DNA from: an uncultured delta proteobacterium
GTDB taxonomy: Bacteria > Desulfobacterota > Binatia > UBA9968
Length of the DNA stretch: 64,000 nt
Direction of reading: 5' to 3'
Assembly: GCA_963816145.1 (NCBI GenBank)
Contig: CAWFJP010000029.1
Location: forward strand, 288,001-352,000
Under the pieces are notes generated by a model that did not search any database, was not told where the DNA came from, and worked only from the letters and a program-made list of their open reading frames with translations. Made by a program: the position numbers and the translations under genes. Positions 29,183 through 40,291 of this stretch are shown piece by piece. Position 1 is the first letter of the stretch. Each line of letters starts with the position of its first letter.

Positions 29183-31225
29183 ATGTTACGCGATCAAGAC
29201 AGCGGCCAGTTCCGGCTGGTTTCCGAGTTCAAACCTCAAGGCGATCAGCCCCAGGCGATCGATAAGCTGGTTAAAGGGCTAGCGGCCAAGCGGCGCCACC
29301 AGGTGCTGTTGGGTGTGACAGGGTCAGGCAAGACCTTCACGATGGCCAATGTCGTCGCCCGGGTAAACCGGCCGACCCTTGTCATCGCCCCGAACAAGAC
29401 GCTCGCCGCGCAACTCTATGAAGAGTTTCGCCTGCTGTTCCCGGAAAACGCGGTGCGCTACTTCGTTAGCTATTACGATTACTACCAACCGGAAGCGTAC
29501 CTGCCGTCCACCGACACCTACATCGAAAAAGATTCGTCGATCAACGACGAGATCGATAAACTGCGCCACTCGGCGACCAAGGCGCTGCTCGAACGGCGCG
29601 ATACTTTGATCGTCGCCAGCGTCTCGTGCATCTACGGCTTGGGCTCGCCGGAAGCATACTTCGATCTGATGGTCTACGTCGAAGAAGGCGCGACGGTCAA
29701 TCGCGATCAGATGCTGCGCAAGCTGGTGGATATCCAGTATCAACGCAGTGACTACGATTTCCACCGGGGCACGTTTCGCGTGCGCGGCGATATCGTCGAA
29801 GTCTTTCCCGCATATGAAGACCGTTCGGCCCTGCGCATCGAATTTTTCGACGAGACCATCGAGTCGATTCACGAAGTCGATCCGATCCGCGGCAAGATTT
29901 TGCGGCGCGTCGACAAGGCGACCATCTATCCGGCAAGCCATTATGTCACCGGGCAAGACCGGCGAAAGCAGGCCGTGCTGGGGATCCGTTTGGAGCTGAA
30001 AGAGCGGCTGAAGGAGCTCCAAGACCAGCGTAAATTATTGGAGGCGCAACGTCTGCAACAGCGCACGCTCTACGACCTCGAATTGTTGGAAGAGATGGGC
30101 TTCTGCCCGGGGATCGAAAACTACTCGCGCCACTTGACCGGCCGCCAGCCGGGCGAGCCGCCACCGACTTTGCTAAGTTACTTTCCCAATGATTTTCTCC
30201 TGGTGATCGACGAGAGCCATGTCACCGTGCCGCAAATCGGCGGCATGTATCGCGGCGACCGCTCGCGCAAAGAGACCTTGGTCGAGTACGGCTTTCGCTT
30301 GCCGTCGGCCCTCGACAACCGGCCGCTCAATTTCGACGAGTTCGCGTCGATGATCAACCAAACCATTTACGTTTCGGCGACGCCGGCGCCCTTCGAGCTA
30401 CGCGAAAGCAACGGCGCGGTAATCGAGCAAGTGATCCGCCCCACCGGTTTGATGGACCCGGCGATCATGGTGCGTCCGGCGCGCACTCAAGTGGACGATC
30501 TGCTGGAGGAGATCCGCACACGAGTCGAGCGCAAAGAGCGTGTGTTGGTGACTACATTGACCAAGCGCATGGCCGAGGACCTGACGGAATATTATCAAGA
30601 TCTCAACGTCAAAGTCCGCTACTTGCACTCGGACATCGAGACTCTGGAACGGGTCGAGATCATCCGCCAACTGCGCAGCGGCCAGTTCGATGTGCTGGTC
30701 GGCATCAACCTTCTGCGCGAAGGGTTGGATTTGCCGGAAGTGTCTTTGGTGGCGATTCTCGATGCCGACAAAGAAGGCTTTCTGCGCTCCGACCGATCGC
30801 TGATCCAGACCATCGGCCGTGCCGCGCGTAACGTGAATGGCACGGTGATCCTCTACGCCGACGGCGTCACCGATTCAATGAAGCGCGCCATGGATGAAAC
30901 CGAGCGGCGGCGCCGCTTGCAGGCGGCGTTCAACAAAAAGCATGGGATCACGCCGCAAACGATTATCAAGGCGCTGGGCTCACCGCTGGTGAAGATCTAC
31001 GACGCGGATTATGTCGACATTCCGATGGCGGCGGAAGGCGCCGCACAATATCGCCCAGGCGAGTTGAACCGGAAATTGCGCAAGCTGCAAAAGGAAATGA
31101 AAGAAGCGGCGCAAAAGTTGGAGTTCGAGCGCGCCGCGGAGTTGCGCGATCAGATCCGCCAACTGCAAAGCCAGGAGTTGGCGCTGCGGGATTCGCCGCT
31201 CGACTCCAGCATAGACGGCGATTGA
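29183..31225 (+). CDS. uvrB: Excinuclease ABC subunit B
   Basis: [41 protein letters not shown]-terminal UVR motif FERAAELRD. Confidence 0.98.
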   Translation: MLRDQDSGQFRLVSEFKPQGDQPQAIDKLVKGLAAKRRHQVLLGVTGSGKTFTMANVVARVNRPTLVIAPNKTLAAQLYEEFRLLFPENAVRYFVSYYDYYQPEAYLPSTDTYIEKDSSINDEIDKLRHSATKALLERRDTLIVASVSCIYGLGSPEAYFDLMVYVEEGATVNRDQMLRKLVDIQYQRSDYDFHRGTFRVRGDIVEVFPAYEDRSALRIEFFDETIESIHEVDPIRGKILRRVDKATIYPASHYVTGQDRRKQAVLGIRLELKERLKELQDQRKLLEAQRLQQRTLYDLELLEEMGFCPGIENYSRHLTGRQPGEPPPTLLSYFPNDFLLVIDESHVTVPQIGGMYRGDRSRKETLVEYGFRLPSALDNRPLNFDEFASMINQTIYVSATPAPFELRESNGAVIEQVIRPTGLMDPAIMVRPARTQVDDLLEEIRTRVERKERVLVTTLTKRMAEDLTEYYQDLNVKVRYLHSDIETLERVEIIRQLRSGQFDVLVGINLLREGLDLPEVSLVAILDADKEGFLRSDRSLIQTIGRAARNVNGTVILYADGVTDSMKRAMDETERRRRLQAAFNKKHGITPQTIIKALGSPLVKIYDADYVDIPMAAEGAAQYRPGELNRKLRKLQKEMKEAAQKLEFERAAELRDQIRQLQSQELALRDSPLDSSIDGD

Positions 31226-31237
31226 ACCAGCTCAGAT

Positions 31238-31630
31238 TCAGCGGGTTTCGTTTTCCGACTCTTGAGTGATGTTGACCGCTAGGTCCACCGGGTCGCGGCT
31301 GTCGCTGTCCGGTTGGCGGTAACGGACAAAGCGCACGGCGGTCTTGGGCTGTGGGTCGTTGAAGATGGTCGCGACGAAGAACACTGCGATGGCCAGGCCA
31401 CTGAGTGAGTAGAGGACAAAGGGTTGCATGGAACCGGTGGAAGAAAGATATTCGCCCCATTGAACCATGAAGCCGAGGTAGAAGGTAAATAGATAGGTTA
31501 TCAGAAGACAAATCTTGACCCGATCCATGAGCAGGAATGGCAGTAGTCCAGCAATGAAGAAAAACACTTGCCAGATCGGGATGAGCTGGTTGAATACTCC
31601 CAAGTGCATTAGATTGTCGATATCGAACAT
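31238..31630 (-). CDS. Hypothetical membrane protein inserted between uvrB and uvrC
   Basis: AGGAG RBS; 3 hydrophobic segments. Confidence 0.65.
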   Translation of the reverse strand: MFDIDNLMHLGVFNQLIPIWQVFFFIAGLLPFLLMDRVKICLLITYLFTFYLGFMVQWGEYLSSTGSMQPFVLYSLSGLAIAVFFVATIFNDPQPKTAVRFVRYRQPDSDSRDPVDLAVNITQESENETR

Positions 31631-31882
31631 GGTGGCTCCTGGTTCCGTGGTCTGTCGCGAAATCTACTCGATTACCTGGGTCTTGACTCAAAAGTTATGC
31701 CAACGATGCCTTGTCGTGCCCGCGGTAACGCCAGGTAGCGATTTGTCAGGGTCGGTGATTTTGCTCCCTGCACACGTCTTGTCCTATCGTGCGCAGGTGT
31801 CGTTCTTCCTGACTCTCTTGTTCCTTTCGAAGCGGTGGCTGTACGGAAACTTCCTATACAAACCGCGGATCATGCCGTGAAC

Positions 31883-33748
31883 ATGCTGACCGAAAAACTC
31901 GCCGGCTTGCCGTCCAGACCGGGCGTTTATCTGATGCGCGAAACTAGCGGCAAGGTCATCTACGTTGGCAAGGCCAAGGATCTGCGGATGCGGGTACGGG
32001 CCTACTTTAATCATTCCGACGAGCGCTCGCAGATCCAGTTTCTAGTGCGGCGGGTTGCCGATATCGAAACTCTGGTCACGAGCAACGACAAAGAAGCGCT
32101 GATCCTCGAAAACAATCTGATCAAGCAGTACAAGCCGCGCTACAACATTCGCCTCAAGGACGACAAGAGTTATCTCAGTATCAAAGTCACTACCCAGCAT
32201 GCCTGGCCGCGCATCCTGGCGACGCGCAAGATCGTCAAGGACGGCAATCGCTACTTCGGGCCGTTCTCCTCGGCCCTGGCGGCGCGCGAGACCATCGACA
32301 TCATCGAGAAACACTTTCAGCTGCGCAACTGCACCGACCACAACTTTCGCAACCGCACCCGGCCCTGCTTGCAGTATCAGATCAAGCGCTGCATGGGGCC
32401 TTGCGTGCTGCCGGTGGCTCCGGATGTTTATCGTGAGCAGGTGCGCCAGACCATGCTATTTATCGAAGGGCGTCAGCAAGAGCTGATCGACGAGTTGAAG
32501 CAGCGCATGTCGGAAAAGGCCGACGCCCTGGAGTTTGAGGCGGCGGCGCGGATTCGCGACCAGATCCAGGCGGTCGAGAAGACCTTGGAGAAACAGCGCA
32601 TGGTGGCGCACTGGGGTAGCGACCAGGATATCTTCGGCCTGTACCGCGAGGGCGGTTTCATCGAAGTCCAGGTTCTGCTGGTGCGCCAGGGCAAGCTGAC
32701 CGGGAGCCAGTCCTATTCGTTGGCGGATTTGGAATTTCCCGACGAAGAGATCATGGGTTCTCTGCTGACGCAGTTCTACCAAGGCCAGCGTTTCGTTCCC
32801 GACGAGATTCTTTTGCCGGTGGAACTCGATGATGCGGCTGTGCGCGAGGAGTATCTCGCCGAGCATAAGGGCAAGGGCGTCAAGATTCATTGTCCGCAGC
32901 GGGGCGATAAGCGCCACCTCGTCGATATGGCCATCGACAATGCCAAGCAAAGTTTTGCCGACCGCCACGATCAAGAGAAGGCGCGCGAGAAGATGCTGCA
33001 CGAGCTGCAAAACTCGCTGCGTTTGAAAAACTACCCTCAGCGCATCGAATGCTTCGATATTTCGATGATCCATGGCGCCCATGCGGTGGGCTCCATGGTG
33101 ACGTTCATCGACGGTGAACCGGACAAAAATCTCTATCGCCACTTTCGCATCAAGACCATCGGCGCCGAGTCCGGCGGCGATGATTTCGGCATGATGCTGG
33201 AGATGCTCAAGCGGCGCTTCAGCCGCGGCAAGGAAGAAGGCGATCTACCGGAGCTGATCGTCGTCGACGGCGGCAAAGGACAGTTAGCGATGGCCATCGC
33301 GGCCATGGTTGAGATCGGCATCGACGGCGTCGAGGCGGTGGGCCTGGCCAAGATGCGCGTTCAAGCGGCGCCGCGCAGCGCCGAGATCGAGCGTTCGGAA
33401 GAGCGCGTGTTCCTGCCGGGGCAGGCCAATCCGGTGATCTTGAGGCGCAACTCCAACGCGCTGTTTCTGCTCCAACGCGTGCGCGACGAAGCCCATCGCT
33501 TCGCCATCACCCATCATCGGAAACTGCGCTCCCAGCAAACGCTTTATTCCGCTCTTGATCGGATTCCCGGCATCGGCGGTGCGCGCAAGCGTGCCTTGCT
33601 GCGCGCCTTCGGTAGCATCAAGCGCATCGAAGCGACAACCTTGGATGAGGTCCTCAAGGTACCGTCGATGAATGAAAAATTGGCGCAGCAAGTGCTCGAT
33701 GCCCTGCGCGGCAAATCGGATTCGGATAACGAGCTGCAAAGAACGTAG
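31883..33748 (+). CDS. uvrC: Excinuclease ABC subunit C
   Basis: GIY-YIG region PGVYLM..YVGKAKDLR, RIECFDIS, VDGGKGQ, RDEAHRFA, HhH IPGIG. Confidence 0.98.
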   Translation: MLTEKLAGLPSRPGVYLMRETSGKVIYVGKAKDLRMRVRAYFNHSDERSQIQFLVRRVADIETLVTSNDKEALILENNLIKQYKPRYNIRLKDDKSYLSIKVTTQHAWPRILATRKIVKDGNRYFGPFSSALAARETIDIIEKHFQLRNCTDHNFRNRTRPCLQYQIKRCMGPCVLPVAPDVYREQVRQTMLFIEGRQQELIDELKQRMSEKADALEFEAAARIRDQIQAVEKTLEKQRMVAHWGSDQDIFGLYREGGFIEVQVLLVRQGKLTGSQSYSLADLEFPDEEIMGSLLTQFYQGQRFVPDEILLPVELDDAAVREEYLAEHKGKGVKIHCPQRGDKRHLVDMAIDNAKQSFADRHDQEKAREKMLHELQNSLRLKNYPQRIECFDISMIHGAHAVGSMVTFIDGEPDKNLYRHFRIKTIGAESGGDDFGMMLEMLKRRFSRGKEEGDLPELIVVDGGKGQLAMAIAAMVEIGIDGVEAVGLAKMRVQAAPRSAEIERSEERVFLPGQANPVILRRNSNALFLLQRVRDEAHRFAITHHRKLRSQQTLYSALDRIPGIGGARKRALLRAFGSIKRIEATTLDEVLKVPSMNEKLAQQVLDALRGKSDSDNELQRT

Positions 33749-33784
33749 CGAGGCACAGCCGCAATCCGAACTCGGAATATCTCT

Positions 33785-33915
33785 CGCAAAGGCGCCAAGG
33801 CCGCAAAGGTCGAGCGTGTCATTTCGACCGACGGGAGAAATCTTTCTTAGATCTCTCGCATCCACCCGGGATGACGGGCATGAGCCCGTCACTTGACGTC
33901 TTTGCGGCTTTGCGG
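33785..33915 (+). repeat. Composite ~130 bp repeat, family B
   Basis: CGCAAAGGCGCCAAG..GTCATTTCGACCGACGGGAGAAATCT..GGGATGACGGGCATGAGCCCGTCA; copies near 38836 (inverted) and 44802. Confidence 0.8.
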
Positions 33916-33997
33916 CAGAACATCCGCAATTCGGTAGTTTTCGACTTAGAGCGGTGTTGCACAATCGGTAGCGCTTCTCATAAAAGAGTAAGCCAAT

Positions 33998-36475
33998 ATG
34001 GCGGACCAAGCGGAAGCAGCTGGATCAGGTTCGGTTGATCTCCATCCATCTGCTTGGCTAATCCTGCCGACGTTGTCTCTGCTGCTCGGCCAAGCGATTG
34101 CCGCGGCTTCCTGGCAGTTGCCCGATAACCATTGGCTAGCGGTGGTGCCGATTTTGCTCCTACCATTCTATCGGCGTTGGCGTCACTGGGTCATCCTCGG
34201 GTTGTTAGTGACCTTGGCTTTTTCCGTCGGCTTTGTCCGCCATCGCGAAATCCTTTTCCCCAATTTCCCGGATCATCATTTGCGCTCGGTCATGCTGCGC
34301 CATGAGCGGGTTTTGATCGAGGGGTGGCTCAATGCCGAGCCGGAGAAACTCATCAATCGTCATCGCTGGTTGATGCGCGCCGAGCGGATTTGGCATCCCA
34401 CCGGCGCGGAGGATATTGTCGGCGATCTGCAACTGAGTCTGCGCTCAACGCGGCGTGTCTGGCGCTACGGCGACCGCGTCCGTTTTTTGCTTCGTCCCAA
34501 CTTGCCGCAGAACAGCGGCAATCCCGGCGGCTTCGAGTACGCCACCTATCTTGCCCAACGGCAGATCTACGTCACCGGATTTCTTGAGAACGACGCCGAG
34601 GTTGAGTTGATCGCGCGGGAGGCGGGGGCGATTCGCGGTGCGATCGAAGATATTCGCCGGGAAATCCGTCGTTATATCGACGCCAACTTCTCTCCGGACA
34701 GCGGCGCTTTGATGAAGGCACTGACGGTTGGCGACATGGGCGGGATCAGCAAGGAGGTTCGCAATGCCTTCACCGCCGCCGGAGTCAATCACGTGCTGTC
34801 GATTTCCGGGCTCCATGTCGCCATGTTGGGCGTGGTGATCTTCGCGGCGCTCCGATACGGCTTGTCGTTTAGCAGCTATTTGCTGCTGCGTTTCAATTTG
34901 CTGAAGGCGGCAACTGTTTTTTCTTTCTTGGCGGTGGTGTTTTACACCGCCCTGGCCGGCGGCATGGTACCGACGGTGCGCTCGGCGATCATGATCGGCG
35001 TCTATCAATTGGCAGTGCTTCTCGACCGGGAAGAGGAAGTCTTTGCCAGCTTGACTCTGGCAGCTTTGTTGATCGCACTGGTCTGGCCGGGCGTGATCGC
35101 CGATATCTCGTTTCAATTGTCCTTTCTCGCCGTGCTGTTTATCACCTGGGGCATGAGCAAACTCTATCGCGGCTTGGCGCGGGAAAAGAGCCAAGAACTA
35201 CCTCAAGAGAAGAGTTGGATCAAAGAAAAGGCGCGCCAGGCGACCTTTCATTTGGCCGTGCCGTTACTGGCGACTCTGGGCACCGGGCCGTTGATCGCGC
35301 ATTATTTCGGAAATCTCTCTCTAGCGGGGTTTGTCACCAATCCGCTGATCGTGCCGTTAGTCGGCTTTGTCGTTGTGCCTATTGGTCTAACCGTCGGTTT
35401 ATTGACTCTCATCGCCAACGAATATGCCGGACCGCTGGCTTGGCTCGGCGACCATCTCTCAAGTTGGACAATTGTCATCGTCGAGTACTTCGGTCGCTTG
35501 CCCATCGCGAGCTTTCGTGTCGTTGCGCCGAACCTGCTTGAGGTCAGCGCGCTTTACGCTGGGCTGTTCGCGTTATTCCTTCTGCGCAAGCGAGGCCATG
35601 TTGCACTCGCGGTTGGGATATTTTCGATTCTGCTCGCTGGCGATGTCTACTATTGGCGCGCCGAGCGGCAGCAAACCAATCGATTGCGCATTACCCACTT
35701 GAACGTCGGTCAGGGCGATGCCGCGGTGGTCGAATTGCCTGGCGGTAAAATTTTGGTGATCGATGCCGGTGGCGCAGCGGTGGGGGACTTCGATACCGGT
35801 GAAAGCATCGTCGCGCCTTATTTGAGATCGCGGAAGATTCGCAAAATCGATTATCTGCTGGTTAGCCATGCGCGTATCGATCATTACGGCGGTATGCGCG
35901 CGCTGACCCAGGAGTTTTCTCCCGACGAGTTTTGGTCCGGCTTTGCCAAGGGCGGAACCCAGCGGTTCGAGGACCTTGAAGAAGCCTTGGATCAACTGAA
36001 GATTGCGCGCCTGGCATTATCCGCGTCAACGCCATGCCGGGAGTTCGATTCAGTGCGAGTTTGCGTGCTTTTCGGAGGCGATGGCAACACCGTCGAGAGT
36101 TCGGTGGTCGTGCGCCTGGATTACGATAAGGCGTCGTTTCTGTTCGCCAGCGATATCGATAAGCGCGAGGAGTTGCAGCTGGCGCAGCGTTCAAATGGAC
36201 TGACCAGCACTGTACTGAAGATTCCGCGCCACGGCAGTGCGACCGCCAGTTCGCCGGAATTTATCTTGGCGGTGAAGCCAAAAATCGCGATTCTCTCAGC
36301 TGGGGCGAGAAGCCGCGCCGAGGCGAAACGCGATGAGGTGGTCGAGCGTTATCGAGAAGCCGGTGTCGAAGTGCTGCGCACCTACGAGGACGGTGCGATC
36401 ATTTTGGAGACCGATGGTGCGACGATTCGCTATAGCGGTTTCAAAAGCGGCAAGGCGGGTGAATTGGTCTTGTAG
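33998..36475 (+). CDS. comEC: DNA internalization competence protein ComEC/Rec2
   Basis: NPGGFEY, GVNHVLSISGLHV, RSAIM, SFQLSF, NVGQGDA, SHARIDHYGG, PRHGS. Confidence 0.95.
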   Translation: MADQAEAAGSGSVDLHPSAWLILPTLSLLLGQAIAAASWQLPDNHWLAVVPILLLPFYRRWRHWVILGLLVTLAFSVGFVRHREILFPNFPDHHLRSVMLRHERVLIEGWLNAEPEKLINRHRWLMRAERIWHPTGAEDIVGDLQLSLRSTRRVWRYGDRVRFLLRPNLPQNSGNPGGFEYATYLAQRQIYVTGFLENDAEVELIAREAGAIRGAIEDIRREIRRYIDANFSPDSGALMKALTVGDMGGISKEVRNAFTAAGVNHVLSISGLHVAMLGVVIFAALRYGLSFSSYLLLRFNLLKAATVFSFLAVVFYTALAGGMVPTVRSAIMIGVYQLAVLLDREEEVFASLTLAALLIALVWPGVIADISFQLSFLAVLFITWGMSKLYRGLAREKSQELPQEKSWIKEKARQATFHLAVPLLATLGTGPLIAHYFGNLSLAGFVTNPLIVPLVGFVVVPIGLTVGLLTLIANEYAGPLAWLGDHLSSWTIVIVEYFGRLPIASFRVVAPNLLEVSALYAGLFALFLLRKRGHVALAVGIFSILLAGDVYYWRAERQQTNRLRITHLNVGQGDAAVVELPGGKILVIDAGGAAVGDFDTGESIVAPYLRSRKIRKIDYLLVSHARIDHYGGMRALTQEFSPDEFWSGFAKGGTQRFEDLEEALDQLKIARLALSASTPCREFDSVRVCVLFGGDGNTVESSVVVRLDYDKASFLFASDIDKREELQLAQRSNGLTSTVLKIPRHGSATASSPEFILAVKPKIAILSAGARSRAEAKRDEVVERYREAGVEVLRTYEDGAIILETDGATIRYSGFKSGKAGELVL

Positions 36476-36499
36476 TCGCCTGAGGTAAGAGAAAATTTA

Positions 36500-36573
36500 C
36501 CACGAAGCCACGAAGAGCACGAAGTTCCGAATTCTATTGTCCGAGACCTTCGTGTCCTTCGTGCCTTCGTGGT
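36500..36573. repeat. Palindromic repeat CACGAAG...CTTCGTG
   Basis: Three CACGAAG units facing three CTTCGTG units, between convergent genes. Confidence 0.7.
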
Positions 36574-36583
36574 GAAAAATTAT

Positions 36584-37522
36584 CTACAGTGCTTTGAGTT
36601 CGCCGATATAATCCTTGAAGCCGTTGACGATGTCGTACTCCGGAGTCCAGCCAAGCACCTGTTTGGCCTTCTCGATCACCATCGGCTGTTTCGCCGAGCG
36701 GGGTTTAACTCCGGGGATGATTTCCACCTGTAAATTTGGCAGCAGTTTTTCGGCGGTCGAGACCAGATCGTCGAAGGGGATGACCACGCCGGTGCCGATG
36801 TTGAGCGTCACCGGTTCCTTCAGCGGCGTGGTGACCGCCTTGTCCAAGGCGCGGCCGAGATCTTTGTAATAAACATATTCGAAATCCCGGGCGACCTCCT
36901 GGGCGATCTTAACGACGCCGCCCTTGATGCCGGTCTGCAACATGTTTTGGACCATCTCGCCGCCGCCGGAGCCGCCGGCAAAGTGGCCGACGCCGTAGAC
37001 ATTGGCGAGCCGCAAAACGATCAACTCAAAGCCGAACATGCGCTGGTAGGCCTCGACCATGAGTTCCTTGGCGACTTTGGAGTTGCCGTAAGCTTCGCCG
37101 GGACCGCGGCGAAAACCTTCGTCGATCGGATTGGGCTCGCCTTGGCGGCGGTCGTAGACGCCAAAGGTGCTGATTTGCACCAAACGCTTGACGCCGGTGA
37201 GACGCACCGCTTCGGCGACGTTGATCGTGCCCATGACGTTGATCTGCATCCCCGCATAGATCGGGTTGCCGACTTTTCCTCCGATCAGTCCTGCCGTGTG
37301 GATGACCGTTTCGCATTTATGTTTCTGGATGGTTTCGATGAGCGACGGCAGATCGCGCACATCTCGCTGGACCACGGTAACGTTGGCGGCACCGAGTTTA
37401 TGCGCCAAGAAATCCTTGCGCGGGGCGACATCGTAAAAGACCACGTTGTCGCCGCGTTTGATCGCATGTTGCGCGAAAGATGTGCCGACCAGACCTAGGC
37501 CTGTAATGAGTGTCGATGCCAT
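36584..37522 (-). CDS. NAD-dependent epimerase/dehydratase (extended SDR)
   Basis: ITGLGLVG, HTAG, INVMGT, YGNSK catalytic YxxxK. Confidence 0.88.
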   Translation of the reverse strand: MASTLITGLGLVGTSFAQHAIKRGDNVVFYDVAPRKDFLAHKLGAANVTVVQRDVRDLPSLIETIQKHKCETVIHTAGLIGGKVGNPIYAGMQINVMGTINVAEAVRLTGVKRLVQISTFGVYDRRQGEPNPIDEGFRRGPGEAYGNSKVAKELMVEAYQRMFGFELIVLRLANVYGVGHFAGGSGGGEMVQNMLQTGIKGGVVKIAQEVARDFEYVYYKDLGRALDKAVTTPLKEPVTLNIGTGVVIPFDDLVSTAEKLLPNLQVEIIPGVKPRSAKQPMVIEKAKQVLGWTPEYDIVNGFKDYIGELKAL

Positions 37523-37688
37523 AAGAACTCCTTTTTGTGGGTTGATTTAGTTCCTATTGCAACGGCGGCGAAATGTCTAGCGGTTATTGAGGCCGATTCC
37601 ATTCGTTTGCTTGTCATCCATTGCAAAGCGCGTTTGTGGCGGTGTATATCGCAGGAAGATTAGTTGTGACATGGGGAGGAAAAGGAAC

Positions 37689-38786
37689 ATGCAAGGAGTA
37701 GTCGATGCCGATACTCATATCGCCGAGCCGGAGGCGATGTGGCAATTGATTGACGAGGAGATGGCGCCGCGCCGGCCGGTGTTGGTGGACTTGCCGGAAG
37801 ACACTTGGTTTGGCGATCGCAACGCTCTGTGGCTGATCGATGGACAGATTTTCCCCAAGCCGGCAGGCAAGGGCAGTTATCGGCTGGTGACGCCGTCGGC
37901 GCAGAAGGCGGAAAAAGTCCGCGGCGATATCGCCATCGCCAGCCGTGAAGTCGCCAACGTCGAGGCCCGCGTGAAAGATATGGACCGTCTCGGCGTGTCG
38001 GTGCAGGTGATCTATCCGACGCTGTTTTTGGTTTACATCACTGACGATCCGGAACTCGATACCGCCCTGGCCAAAGCCTACAATTCATGGCTTGGCAATG
38101 CTTGCGCCAAGTCCAATGGCCGGCTCAAGTTTGTCGCGGTGTTGCCGCTGCGCTCGATCTCGGAATCGCTCAAGGAGATGAAGCGAGCCAAGGATCTCGG
38201 CGCGGTGGGAATCTTCTTTCGCGGCATCGAGGGTGACAAGACTCTCGATCATCCCTATTTTCATCCGGTCTACGAGCAAGCGGCCAAGCTGGGCTTGCCG
38301 ATCAGTATTCATACCGGTTCCGGCGCGCCCTGGATGTTGCCGTACTTCGAGCATGCGCGGAACCACACCTTTGCCCATGGGCGGGCGCTGCCGATCTTCG
38401 CTTTCCGGGATTTGCTCGCCAATCGCATTCCCGAGAAATTTCCCGGGCTGCGTTTCGGCTTCATCGAAGCGTCGGCGGGCTGGGCGCCGTTCATGATTCA
38501 CATTCTGCGTCGCCTGTTCAAAGACCGGCCGCAATACCAGAACAGCGCCGAGCTGTTTCGGGCATCCAACATTTTCATTGCCGCCGAGGCCGACGAAGAC
38601 ATTCCCTACCTCGCCAAATGGATCGGCGAAGATAACATTGTCATCGGTTCCGACTACGGCCACAACGATCCGTCGGCGGAAGAGAAGTTGGTCGAGAGCC
38701 TGCAGAAACGGGAAGACATTCCGGAGCCGTTCGCGAAAAAGATTCTCTGCGACAATCCGCGCCGGTTGTACGGCTTGGATGCGTAA
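37689..38786 (+). CDS. Amidohydrolase_2 family protein
   Basis: VDADTHIAE, VIYPT, EASAGW, GSDYGHND, DNPRRLY. Confidence 0.87.
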   Translation: MQGVVDADTHIAEPEAMWQLIDEEMAPRRPVLVDLPEDTWFGDRNALWLIDGQIFPKPAGKGSYRLVTPSAQKAEKVRGDIAIASREVANVEARVKDMDRLGVSVQVIYPTLFLVYITDDPELDTALAKAYNSWLGNACAKSNGRLKFVAVLPLRSISESLKEMKRAKDLGAVGIFFRGIEGDKTLDHPYFHPVYEQAAKLGLPISIHTGSGAPWMLPYFEHARNHTFAHGRALPIFAFRDLLANRIPEKFPGLRFGFIEASAGWAPFMIHILRRLFKDRPQYQNSAELFRASNIFIAAEADEDIPYLAKWIGEDNIVIGSDYGHNDPSAEEKLVESLQKREDIPEPFAKKILCDNPRRLYGLDA

Positions 38787-38835
38787 AGAAAGGATCGAGC
38801 GTTCGAGGCGATTTTAGAGACTCGGATATTACTCC

Positions 38836-38958
38836 CGCCAAGACGCAAAGCGCCAAGTGACGGGCTCATGCCGGTCATCCCGAGTGGATGCGAGGGACCT
38901 AAGAAAGATTCCTCCCGTCGGCCGAAATGACATGCTCCGACCTCTGCGCTTTTGCGGG
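38836..38958 (-). repeat. Family B repeat, inverted copy
   Basis: Reverse complement of the 33785 element. Confidence 0.8.
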
Positions 38959-39028
38959 AGATCTTCCGGAATTCGCTTGCGGCCCTGCCGGTGCAATGGA
39001 TCACGAATGGCTTGAACTCTCTGGAGTT

Positions 39029-39736
39029 ATGAAGGACCTCGAAAACTTCGTCCAAGATGTCGCGGTGCATTTCAACGCGAATCTCGGCTCCGCCCTGGTC
39101 GAGGCGTATAAGCTCGGCAGTCTAGCCCACGGCGGCTTCAGCGACATCTACAGCGATATTGATGTCGGCTTGCTTCTCAGTTGCCGCGAACCGCCGCCGC
39201 GGATGAGCGAGCTGATCGCCGGCGCGAAGGCGCTGCACCCGGAATACGGCAAAAAACTCTCGATATTTTGGGGCAATCCTGATTTTGACTGGGGGCGTTT
39301 GCCGGTGATCGATCGCCTGGATTTGCTCGATCATGGCGTGGCGCTGCTGCACGGCATCAAGCCCCCTTTGCGGCGGCCGAGCAAGCAGGAGATTCACCAC
39401 GAGCAACTTCAGAGCATCGAGCGGAGTTGGAAACCTAGATTGCCGGAGCTGAATCTACTGACGAGTCTTGAACCAAAAGACCGCAAACCCTACATCCGCG
39501 CGATCCTCTACGCCGCGCGCTTGATTTATACCTGGGATAATCTGGTCGTCGGTTCCAATGACAGTGCCGTCGAATATTTGCACCAGGTGAGGCCCGAGGG
39601 GCTCGATCTCAAAGCGATCGACATGGCGCTCATGTGCCGCAAGGGAGAGTGTAGTGCCGAAGATGTGATGCGCTTGGGCAGCGATCTCAATCGGCACTGT
39701 GACAGCGCGATGTCCTATGTCTTGGGACGGCCCTAG
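39029..39736 (+). CDS. Pol-beta-like nucleotidyltransferase domain protein
   Basis: YKLGSLAHGGF...SDIDV (GS...DxD motif); GGAG RBS. Confidence 0.7.
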   Translation: MKDLENFVQDVAVHFNANLGSALVEAYKLGSLAHGGFSDIYSDIDVGLLLSCREPPPRMSELIAGAKALHPEYGKKLSIFWGNPDFDWGRLPVIDRLDLLDHGVALLHGIKPPLRRPSKQEIHHEQLQSIERSWKPRLPELNLLTSLEPKDRKPYIRAILYAARLIYTWDNLVVGSNDSAVEYLHQVRPEGLDLKAIDMALMCRKGECSAEDVMRLGSDLNRHCDSAMSYVLGRP

Positions 39737-39940
39737 TCTGATCCGGTTGGAAAGATGTGACTGAGTTACCCTCAACTTTGCGCTGACGGGGTGTGAATTC
39801 GTCAATCCAGGTTTTGGGACTTGACGCGGATTCGAATCTGGATGCCGGCCTTCGCCGGCATGACAAATCTTCTCTTTGCCTGAAGCCTGCCCTGAGCAAG
39901 ATCGAATGGGCGAGGGATTTGATCCACCTCGAGAGAGACA

Positions 39941-40291
39941 CTAACTCGCGAGTCTTTGTTTCGATTCTCCGCAACGTTTTTCGTTTTTCCATTTCAGCAG
40001 CCCTTTGCGGACATAGCAGGCGTTTAGCCGTAGATAGTCGCAAAGACTTTCGAAGGAGAACTCCGAGCTTGAGTCAGTTTCAAAAAACCACTCTTCGGCT
40101 TGTTGGAACAATTCCTGGCCTTTCTTGTCCTTCGCCAAGACGTATTTCTGAAAGTCCTCGATGGCACTCTCCAGCATGGCGTAGAGCAGCCGCTCCTCGC
40201 CCTCGCGGATGCTTTTGCGCGAGAGCTGTTCGATAATGCCCTCATCGGTGGGTTCGAGTATGCTGGATAGCGCTGCCTTCATTCGGTTCAT
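39941..40291 (-). CDS. Hypothetical protein
   Basis: 116 aa, GAAGGGA RBS, helical EERLLYAMLESAIEDFQKY..AEEWFF..FSFESLC. Confidence 0.65.
   Translation of the reverse strand: MNRMKAALSSILEPTDEGIIEQLSRKSIREGEERLLYAMLESAIEDFQKYVLAKDKKGQELFQQAEEWFFETDSSSEFSFESLCDYLRLNACYVRKGLLKWKNEKRCGESKQRLAS

Noticed and set aside
31687-31702. Minus-strand TGGCATAACTTTTGAG as a sigma54 promoter
   Set aside because: The -12 element reads GA instead of GC; too weak to call.
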